In this document: piece after piece, positions 9,170 through 16,109 of the stretch
How the letters are laid out: the number at the start of each line of letters is the position of its first letter
Numbering within the stretch: the first letter of the stretch is position 1
Assembly: GCA_011600865.1 (NCBI GenBank)
Contig: GCA_011600865.1_4890.1
Origin: Escherichia coli
GTDB taxonomy: Bacteria; Pseudomonadota; Gammaproteobacteria; Enterobacterales; Enterobacteriaceae
Length of the DNA stretch: 52,276 nucleotides
Reading direction: 5' to 3' (one strand)
Notes under the pieces: model-generated
What the model was told of the DNA's origin: nothing
What the model saw: the letters and a program-made list of their open reading frames with translations, nothing else
The model's database searches: none
Made by a program: the position numbers and the translations under genes

Positions 9170-10031
9170 CGACCTACAGAAGCGTATTGATGTCAAGATA
9201 GTCGAAGCCCACGAAAGAGAAGAACGACGCGGGCATCTTGGAGCATCACAGATAGGACACAACTGCTATCGCTATCTTTGGCACGTACTGCACTGGTCGT
9301 ACAAGGAGAAGTTTACCGCGAAGCAACTTCGTCTGTTTGAACGTGGTAACCTTGAAGAAAGCAGAATTGTGAAGTGGCTTCGTTCCGTATGTGATGAAGT
9401 GCTGGACGTCAACCCTAAAACAGGTAAGCAGTGGCGCATACACGATTTCAATGACATCTTCTCTGGGTCTTGTGACTGTGTAATCAAATACAAAGGCGTA
9501 TGGGCACTTGCTGAATTCAAAACGCATGGTGATAAGTCGTTTAAAGAACTAATCAAGCTCAAGTCTGTTAAGGCCAGCAAGCCGGTGCATTATGCTCAGA
9601 TGCAGGTATACATGCGGAAGCTTAAGCTGAATCAAGCCGTGTACATTGCAATCAATAAGAACACCGATGAGATGTATTTTGAAGTGGTCGAGATTGACTT
9701 ACTGGAAAGTGACATACAACTAAGTAAAGCAGAGGCTGTCGTATATGCGGAATCTGGTTTGGATATGCCGAAGATTTCTGAGTCGCCTATTTGGTGGGAG
9801 TGCAAGCCCGGAATGTGCGAGTACCACCACTTGTGCCACAAAGGAGCAATGCCCGACAGGAACTGCAGAACCTGCCATTACAGTAAACCGCTTCAGGGCA
9901 AAGTGTGGTATTGTAACAAGCACCAGAAAGAGCTCGAAACAATCGAAGAGCAATTAGCAGCTTGTGATGATTATCGCCCTGCTGATGTCTTCCCGCAGGA
10001 TGAGAAGCCCGTTAAACTTTCCTTAAAATAA
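9153..10031 (+). CDS. PD-(D/E)XK recombination exonuclease (YqaJ/lambda-exo-like) with a C-terminal Cys-rich domain
   Basis: Start refined to the ATG at 9153 (GAGGAG RBS; overlaps the deaminase stop). GASQIG motif, acidic/lysine core around ALAEFKT and a QMQ motif; seven Cys and several His in the last 60 residues. Confidence 0.65.
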   Translation: MPSPFDDLQKRIDVKIVEAHEREERRGHLGASQIGHNCYRYLWHVLHWSYKEKFTAKQLRLFERGNLEESRIVKWLRSVCDEVLDVNPKTGKQWRIHDFNDIFSGSCDCVIKYKGVWALAEFKTHGDKSFKELIKLKSVKASKPVHYAQMQVYMRKLKLNQAVYIAINKNTDEMYFEVVEIDLLESDIQLSKAEAVVYAESGLDMPKISESPIWWECKPGMCEYHHLCHKGAMPDRNCRTCHYSKPLQGKVWYCNKHQKELETIEEQLAACDDYRPADVFPQDEKPVKLSLK

Positions 10032-10039
10032 AAGTATAC

Positions 10040-10063
10040 TTTACCACAAGGAAGTGGTATAAT
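10040..10063 (+). promoter_or_regulatory. Extended -10 promoter (AGTGGTATAAT)
   Basis: TGGTATAAT with TATAAT at 10058-10063; TTTACC lies upstream but with a short spacer. Confidence 0.4.
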
Positions 10064-10089
10064 ATATAAAGTTAATGAGGAGATGATAA

Positions 10090-11760
10090 ATGGCTTTTGA
10101 AGCTCGCTGGTATCAACAAGAAGCGGTCACGGCTTGGTGGTCGTACTTCAATTCTTATAGTGGTAATCCACTTATTGTCATGCCAACAGGTTCAGGTAAA
10201 TCACCTGTGCTTGGTATGTTGATGAAGGATATTCTTACCAGCTATCCCCGTCAGCGCATTCTTATATTGACACACGTCAAGGAGCTGGTAGAACAAGACG
10301 CCAGAGCGATTGTTCGCCACTGGCCACAAGCACCAGTATCAATCTACTCTTCAGGCGCAGGACACAAAGACTTTTCAGGTCGTATCGTTGTAGCGTCAGT
10401 ACAGTCGATTATTAAGAACCTGGAAGAAGCAGGTAAGTTCAATCTTATATTCATTGACGAAGCCCATCTCGTTCCTGAGAAGTCTGAAACAACATACCGT
10501 AAGGTTATTGCTCATTTCAAAGAGCTTAATCCTAAGGTAAAGGTAACAGGTCTTACAGCAACTCCGTACCGCCTGGCAGGTGGTCACTTACTTGACTGCG
10601 GTATATTTACCGACATCTGCTATGACCTTACAACACCTGACGCATTCACCAGACTGGTAAATGAAGGCTTCCTGTCTCGCCTGGTCAACAAGAAAGTGTT
10701 AACCAAGATTGACACCAGCAATGTTGGCGAAAGGATGGGTGACTACATACCGTCAGAGCTTGAGAAGGTAGCCAACCAACACAGCATAACAGTTGCGGCC
10801 ATCAGGGAGATGATGCACTACGGTAAAGACAGGAGTCACGTCCTTGTATTCGCCACAAGTGTTGAACACGCCCACAACGTGGCTGACGAGTTTAATTTAC
10901 GCGGATGGCAAACTGTTGTTGTACACGGCGGTCTTACAAAGAAAGAACGTGAAGCGACACTGGAAGAGTTTACAAGCGGACGAGCACGGGTATGTGTAAA
11001 CGTAAACGTACTTACAACAGGATTTGACTATCCTGAAATTGATATGCTCGGTATCTTGCGCCCGTCCACGTCTGTTGCTTTGTGGGTGCAGATACTCGGC
11101 CGAGGATTACGTACAGCGCCTGGTAAGCATGACTGTCTTGTCATGGACTTTACATCTAATACCATTGACCTTGGTCCTATCGACGACCCGGCAGTTCCGC
11201 CACGTCTTGGTAAGAAGAAAAAGAAACGGTCAGAGAAAACACCTGGTGGTAAAGAGTGCCCTGTCTGCCACCAGGTAAGTGGTTATGCCGCCCGTACATG
11301 TAAGCATCCGGCTAAAGGAAGTACGCCGGACGAGAATGGTGTATATCCGATGTGCGGTCATGAATTTGAGTTTACAGTTAACGGACCTGCTATTGCCTTC
11401 ACTTCATCAGAAGAAGAGGTAATGACCAACGGTCAGCTTCGTGTTGTGGATAAGGATGTTACGCTGGTAAACTATTCTTTATTCCAGAAGCAGGGACGGC
11501 CTGACAGTATAAAGGTTGTGTACTACTCAAACCTGGAAGTGTATACAACATGGGTAAATATAGAGGCCCATGGTAATGCTAAGCAAATGGCAGATGCCTG
11601 GTGGCGTAATGCTGCAGGAACCGAACCGCCTGAAACATGCGACGAGTTTATTCGCCGTAAGGGTGAGCTGGCTATTCCTAAGCGCATAAAGGTATGGATT
11701 AAACGACCTTACCCACAAATCATGAACTACGATTGGGGGAATGGCTATGGCGCTCGATGA
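10090..11760 (+). CDS. Superfamily 2 DEAH-box DNA helicase with a C-terminal zinc-ribbon-like domain
   Basis: Walker A PTGSGKS and motif II FIDEAH; C-terminal region has Cys/His pairs (CPVCHQ, CKHP, MCGHE). Confidence 0.85.
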   Translation: MAFEARWYQQEAVTAWWSYFNSYSGNPLIVMPTGSGKSPVLGMLMKDILTSYPRQRILILTHVKELVEQDARAIVRHWPQAPVSIYSSGAGHKDFSGRIVVASVQSIIKNLEEAGKFNLIFIDEAHLVPEKSETTYRKVIAHFKELNPKVKVTGLTATPYRLAGGHLLDCGIFTDICYDLTTPDAFTRLVNEGFLSRLVNKKVLTKIDTSNVGERMGDYIPSELEKVANQHSITVAAIREMMHYGKDRSHVLVFATSVEHAHNVADEFNLRGWQTVVVHGGLTKKEREATLEEFTSGRARVCVNVNVLTTGFDYPEIDMLGILRPSTSVALWVQILGRGLRTAPGKHDCLVMDFTSNTIDLGPIDDPAVPPRLGKKKKKRSEKTPGGKECPVCHQVSGYAARTCKHPAKGSTPDENGVYPMCGHEFEFTVNGPAIAFTSSEEEVMTNGQLRVVDKDVTLVNYSLFQKQGRPDSIKVVYYSNLEVYTTWVNIEAHGNAKQMADAWWRNAAGTEPPETCDEFIRRKGELAIPKRIKVWIKRPYPQIMNYDWGNGYGAR

Positions 11761-11968
11761 CAGAGAACTATTTGAACGGGTAGCAACCCAGGCTAAAGCT
11801 TTACCGCGGCATGTTCGCCGGCAGCTTATTATATACCTGCAGGATATGAGCTGTGCGAACTGCCGTAGCTTTCAGGCAGGAGGCTGTCTATTATCCGGAG
11901 GCAAAACACCACCGCCGGCAGTCCTGTCTTCCGGATGTAAACTTTTTGACTATGACGTGCCTTTCTAG
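11741..11968 (+). CDS. Hypothetical small Cys-containing protein
   Basis: 75 aa ORF overlapping the helicase 3' end; contains a CANC motif. Could be spurious. Confidence 0.35.
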   Translation: MAMALDDRELFERVATQAKALPRHVRRQLIIYLQDMSCANCRSFQAGGCLLSGGKTPPPAVLSSGCKLFDYDVPF

Positions 11969-11997
11969 ACACTAATGAAAAAAGTTTAAAAAAGGTG

Positions 11998-12026
11998 TTT
12001 ACACACTCTTTTAAATGACGTATATT
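11998..12026 (+). promoter_or_regulatory. Sigma70-like promoter
   Basis: TTTACA (11998-12003), 17 nt spacer, TATATT (12021-12026). Confidence 0.5.
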
Positions 12027-12074
12027 AACTCACGTAACGAACAAACATTAAGCCCTGTAGACGAGGAAAAAATT

Positions 12075-12542
12075 ATGAGTGAGAAACTGACTTTTGTGAC
12101 TGGTAAAGAAGAAGTTAACGGCGTACTGTACCCAGCAGCAGGTACTGGCGCACGTTACGTATGGGACCTGGCTGACAAAGCCCACGAAGAAGGCAAGTCC
12201 AGCTCTGACGTTATGGACGAAGTTGTTGCTACTACCGAAATGTCCCGTGGCACTGTTTCTTCTCAGCTGACCTACTGGCGTAAAGCCACTGGTAAGGTTC
12301 TGGCTAAGCGCGTTGATACCGCTAAAGCAGAACGCGATGCTGCTAAAGCCGCTGAAAAACAGCGTAAAGCTGAAGAGCGTGCACGCATCAAAGCTGAAAA
12401 AGCCGAAGCGAAAGCTGCTGAGCAGATTCGCAAAGCTGAAGAGAAAGCTGAAAAAGCTCGCCAGAAAGCAGAAGCTGCTAAAGCTGAAGCCGCTAAACTG
12501 GCTGGCGCGATCGAAGGCGACAACGAAGAAGTCGCTGAATAA
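12075..12542 (+). CDS. Hypothetical protein with a Lys/Ala/Glu-rich repetitive C-terminal tail
   Basis: ATG at 12075 with GAGGAAAA RBS; the C-terminal 70 residues are (AEKA/KAE)n low complexity. Confidence 0.6.
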   Translation: MSEKLTFVTGKEEVNGVLYPAAGTGARYVWDLADKAHEEGKSSSDVMDEVVATTEMSRGTVSSQLTYWRKATGKVLAKRVDTAKAERDAAKAAEKQRKAEERARIKAEKAEAKAAEQIRKAEEKAEKARQKAEAAKAEAAKLAGAIEGDNEEVAE

Positions 12543-12558
12543 TAGCGCTGAAATGAAC

Positions 12559-12576
12559 GCACCTCTACGGAGGTGC
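12559..12576 (+). terminator. Terminator-like hairpin
   Basis: gcacctc / gaggtgc stem with a tacg tetraloop after the stop at 12542; no strong U-tract. Confidence 0.35.
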
Positions 12577-12787
12577 ATTCAATGGACATCCTTACATCTC
12601 TCTTCTTATCAACAATCAATTAAGCCTGGTGTGTTGAAACAGTGAGGGTGTCCAGTGAATGCAGTTCAATTCTGCTCGCTGACCGAGATTTGGTAAAAGC
12701 CGTGATGTGTGAGGTTCGATTCCTCCGACGCTGAAAAGGGTATTGGCTCGCTACCTTGACCCCAGGCGCCTGGTGTAGACGGCGGTC

Positions 12788-13059
12788 ACAATTTTAGTTG
12801 TGGTGTTTTGGCGTATCTTTTTGACACCCGTCGGGTGCAGGTTATCCACAGTAACTCAGGTGCTAAGACACCACAACTAAGGTTGTACTCGCTGTGTGCT
12901 TTTGCCACTACAACTGTGTGATAAGTGCAACGCTATATACTTTTCATGTGGTAAGAGCACACAGCAAGTAACGCATATGTGATTGGCTACTTGACGGTAC
13001 CTCCTTTCTGACTCGTCGCGGGGATTAAGTCGGTCAGTCCTTTAGCCAATCTCATATGC
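12788..13059 (+). ncRNA. Candidate structured noncoding RNA (function unknown)
   Basis: No credible ORF on either strand across 12577-13111. Two long inverted repeats: 12788-12805 / 12869-12886 (18 bp with two positions that pair only as G-U on the plus-strand transcript) and 12973-12989 / 13043-13059 (17 bp, one mismatch). Closed by the strong terminator at 13112-13146. Confidence 0.3.
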
Positions 13060-13111
13060 GCTGCCCGGTTGCATAACTGCGATTCCTTGTATCTCCTTAC
13101 GCCACCCTGCC

Positions 13112-13146
13112 AAAAGGACCAGTTAACGCTGGTCCTTTTTATTTTA
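13112..13146 (+). terminator. Strong intrinsic terminator
   Basis: Perfect 10 bp stem aaaggaccag / ctggtccttt with loop ttaacg, followed by a T-run. Confidence 0.75.
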
Positions 13147-13166
13147 CCCGAAGCATAAAAAGTGCT

Positions 13167-13194
13167 TTACCACTAGAGAGTGATGTGGTATAAT
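13167..13194 (+). promoter_or_regulatory. Sigma70-like extended -10 promoter
   Basis: TTTACC (13167-13172), 16 nt spacer, TGGTATAAT (TATAAT at 13189-13194). Confidence 0.5.
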
Positions 13195-13220
13195 AAGTTA
13201 TCTTTTAGAGGAGAGATACA

Positions 13221-13619
13221 ATGAATCTACAACGTGTCGCTGAAGCTTATTATAGAATTTGGGTACTTCGTCTTGAAGGTCAAATTGACTACGTAAACAC
13301 TGTCGGTCGTGAAGACTACCTGCCTGCATCCTCTTTCCATGAGGTATGCAACCTTGCTCAAACACTCGAGCATGAATTTGATAAGGTTAAATTTACACGC
13401 GAAGCGCAAAATAACTTTATCAAATTTGAAACAACCATGCGTTGCAAGTTCCCGTTTATCAAGCGTATATCTCGTACCGGCCTTTTCATTGTCCCCTTTC
13501 CTGTGGGTAAAGACCGTTGGGACGTATTAGAGAAGGCCCGACATATAATCTGGTCTACTGAAACAAAACGTAAGTTTATCGAAACTGTTTGTAAGGAGTT
13601 AAGAAATGCGATTCAGTAA
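13221..13619 (+). CDS. Hypothetical protein
   Basis: 132 aa ORF with GGAGAG RBS; overlaps the start of the next gene. Confidence 0.6.
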   Translation: MNLQRVAEAYYRIWVLRLEGQIDYVNTVGREDYLPASSFHEVCNLAQTLEHEFDKVKFTREAQNNFIKFETTMRCKFPFIKRISRTGLFIVPFPVGKDRWDVLEKARHIIWSTETKRKFIETVCKELRNAIQ

Positions 13620-14199
13620 AATTGCTGCAGGTGTTACAGCTTTCCACGAGAAGTTTGACCTCAAGCCAATTAGCCAAGGTGGTAAGCCAGAGTTCAAACT
13701 TCGTTATGACCGTCTTATTGAAGAGATGGATGAAATTAAACAAGCTAAGAAGGAAGGCGATAAAGCTGGATTCTTAGACGGTATTGTAGACTTAATCTAT
13801 ATTGCTGCAGGTACGTTATACCTGTATGACCAGACAGCATGGTTCACCAACGAATTTGAGTATCCGATTCTGTTGACTACGCCCTGCGGATTTATGGACC
13901 GCTTTGACGCTGAAGGTCTTATCGTGTATGTTAAGGATACCGAAGACACTCATTGCGATCGTTTGGCGCAGTTAATTATCCACCTGATTACCTGGTGTGC
14001 AAACAACAACTGGCCACTTGACGACGCATGGGATGCGGTACAGGCCGCTAACATGGCGAAAGAACGCGCCAAGCCTGATGCAAGCAATAGTAAGCATAAG
14101 TCTGGTCAGGATATTGTTAAGCCTGAAGGATGGAAAGCACCTGATATTCAGGCAATCATCGACGCACACGTTAACCCGGCCCAAAAGGAACTGTTTTAA
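13606..14199 (+). CDS. MazG-like nucleoside triphosphate pyrophosphohydrolase
   Basis: 197 aa; acidic metal-binding type motifs EEMDE and DGIVDL typical of all-alpha MazG/HisE-like NTP pyrophosphatases; stop overlaps the start of the thymidylate-synthase-fold gene. Confidence 0.6.
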   Translation: MRFSKIAAGVTAFHEKFDLKPISQGGKPEFKLRYDRLIEEMDEIKQAKKEGDKAGFLDGIVDLIYIAAGTLYLYDQTAWFTNEFEYPILLTTPCGFMDRFDAEGLIVYVKDTEDTHCDRLAQLIIHLITWCANNNWPLDDAWDAVQAANMAKERAKPDASNSKHKSGQDIVKPEGWKAPDIQAIIDAHVNPAQKELF

Positions 14200-15083
14200 T
14201 GAAAACATACAGCACTGTCGATTCTCTTTACAGCGACATCATTTCGTTTATCCTGCGTAAGGGTGAAGATGTCGAAGACCGTACAGGTGTTGGTACACGC
14301 CGTTGTTTTGGTACAGCGTTTAAGCTGGCTTTCAAGGACAACAAACTGATGGTGCCGGTATTTAAACCTGTTAACATCAAAGCTGTTGCTGCTGAGCTTT
14401 ATTGCTTTATTAACGGCATTTCAAATGTCGATACACTCAAAGGTTTTGGCTGCAACTGGTGGGAAGGTAATCTGCAAGATGCAAACAAACGTTGGGGTAC
14501 ACCAGACAACCGTGATTTAGGGCCTGTGTACGGCGTGCAGTGGGTTAAGCCATTCTATAAGAATGGTGTTCTCACTAACCAGCTTAAAGATGTTATTGAA
14601 ACGCTGAAGGTTAAACCTACCGACCGCCGGGCATACATTACGGCATGGAACCCACAAGAGATGGACGCCATGGCCCTTCCGCCTTGCTACCATGGTTTTC
14701 AGCTGTTCATTAACAACCGTAATGAATTAGAGCTGATGTTCCATATGCGTAGCGCGGATGTTATTCTGGGTCTGCCTCATGACATTCTGCTACATCAGAT
14801 GTTGCAGATTACCATCGCAGCAGAGCTGGGTGTTGGGGTAGGGGATATGACTGTAACCTTGGGTGATTATCATATCTATAAGAACCATATCGACGCTGCC
14901 AAGATTTTCTTACAGCGCATCGTGAGCAATACAGACACCACGCTGGACACTAACTTTGAAGGCCGTCCTGACATTAACGCGATTTACGACGTGTCAGTAT
15001 TTGACTTCACTCCTGCCGCTGTTACGCCAATGGTTGAGAAGTACAAGCCAATGCCAAACATCAAACTCCAAATGGCCGTATAA
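14199..15083 (+). CDS. Thymidylate synthase family enzyme; specificity residue suggests a dCMP C5-hydroxymethylase or dCMP methylase rather than canonical ThyA
   Basis: 294 aa with ThyA hallmarks DRTGVGT, DLGPVYGVQW, YITAWNP, catalytic Cys163 in PPCYH (TGC 14685-14687) and GDYHIYKNH. The residue aligning with E. coli ThyA Asn177 (GLPFN) is Asp195 (GLPHD, GAC 14781-14783). Alignment done by eye against ThyA recalled from memory. Confidence 0.8.
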   Translation: MKTYSTVDSLYSDIISFILRKGEDVEDRTGVGTRRCFGTAFKLAFKDNKLMVPVFKPVNIKAVAAELYCFINGISNVDTLKGFGCNWWEGNLQDANKRWGTPDNRDLGPVYGVQWVKPFYKNGVLTNQLKDVIETLKVKPTDRRAYITAWNPQEMDAMALPPCYHGFQLFINNRNELELMFHMRSADVILGLPHDILLHQMLQITIAAELGVGVGDMTVTLGDYHIYKNHIDAAKIFLQRIVSNTDTTLDTNFEGRPDINAIYDVSVFDFTPAAVTPMVEKYKPMPNIKLQMAV

Positions 15084-15090
15084 GATGGAG

Positions 15091-15106
15091 CGGGGCTCCG
15101 GCCCCG
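15091..15106 (+). terminator. Terminator-like hairpin
   Basis: cggggc / gccccg stem with a tccg tetraloop between the TS-fold gene and the next gene. Confidence 0.3.
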
Positions 15107-15113
15107 TTATACT

Positions 15114-16109
15114 ATGAGCAAGTTTAACTATGACACCAAACAAATACAGACTGCCGTTCAACAAGCTCGTCCCATCAAGTATACTGATAGCGGTCTTATG
15201 GGCAAAATATGGATTGCAGACGGAACAATCCATTCATACTACAAGAACGTATTACTACGAGCACCATGTAAAGGATTCCCCGACCTGCAAGTGGATGCTG
15301 AATCGTTTCGTAAGGCCGTTAATGCGGCAAGAACTGAAGAGATTACTTTTAACATTACAGCAGCTGGAAACCTCACAGTCACAGCAGGCGTACTTAAAAC
15401 AAGAATGCAAGCGCTTAATGAACCAATACCACCGCTTGCTACAGTTAACAACTGGTATTCAGCTCATGGCGAATTACTACCGGTATTAACAGCCCTGGCC
15501 AAATGGGTACCTAACGAGGCACCGCAGGTATGGGCAACATCTTTACTTCTGCGCGATGGCTATGCTTACGCTACTAACGGCAAGTATATGATTCGTGAGA
15601 AGCTGAATGTTGATTTTGAATTTGAATGTGCCATAGCCAAGCCAATGCTTGAGGCTTTGGTTAAGCTGAAGATGGAACCCACAAGTGTAGGATACGCCCG
15701 CGGTCAGATGTTCTTCGGCTTTGCAGACGGCGTACAAATGGATGCTCCGGTACTGGCGGCTAAATGGCCAGACGTATCGAAGTTCTTCAATATGGAAATG
15801 GATATGCAGGCCATCACTCCTGAGTTCCTGGAAGTTATGGACCAGCTTACAGGTTACGATGAAGGTCAAGCCATTCTGGAGATAACTGGCGAGTCAACAG
15901 CAAAAGCAGATTTACCAGACAAGATTATTCCGAAGATGTCCGTCGACATTAAGTTCCAGTCGACTAAGTTTAGTAAACCGTTCAACTGTGTTATTAGCCA
16001 GATGAGTAAACTGGCTAAAGGCATGGAAAGAATAGGACTTGGTAGTCAGGCGCTCAAAATGGAAAACTCAACTCGTACAGTTGTAATCGCGTATGTGAGA
16101 GGGGACTGA
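15114..16109 (+). CDS. Hypothetical protein, possibly a DnaN-like sliding clamp
   Basis: 331 aa directly upstream of, and start-stop coupled with, the DNA polymerase. YAYATNGKYMI resembles the beta-clamp ATDGHRL motif and the C-terminus VVIAYV resembles the DnaN C-terminus; the product call is tentative. Confidence 0.55.
   Translation: MSKFNYDTKQIQTAVQQARPIKYTDSGLMGKIWIADGTIHSYYKNVLLRAPCKGFPDLQVDAESFRKAVNAARTEEITFNITAAGNLTVTAGVLKTRMQALNEPIPPLATVNNWYSAHGELLPVLTALAKWVPNEAPQVWATSLLLRDGYAYATNGKYMIREKLNVDFEFECAIAKPMLEALVKLKMEPTSVGYARGQMFFGFADGVQMDAPVLAAKWPDVSKFFNMEMDMQAITPEFLEVMDQLTGYDEGQAILEITGESTAKADLPDKIIPKMSVDIKFQSTKFSKPFNCVISQMSKLAKGMERIGLGSQALKMENSTRTVVIAYVRGD

Noticed and set aside
12048-12619. 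Minus-strand ORFs (12048-12578 and 12272-12619) and a plus-strand alternative frame (12313-12645)
   Set aside because: They are mirror or alternative-frame readings of the low-complexity Lys/Ala/Glu repeat gene and have no RBS or start context; the frame 12075-12542 has a proper RBS.
12690-12735. Possible tRNA gene suggested by a T-loop-like GGTTCGATTCC motif
   Set aside because: I could not close an acceptor stem or a plausible anticodon stem around it (best acceptor pairing 4 of 7; anticodon stem fails), so it is not reported as a tRNA; a tRNA scan should still be run.
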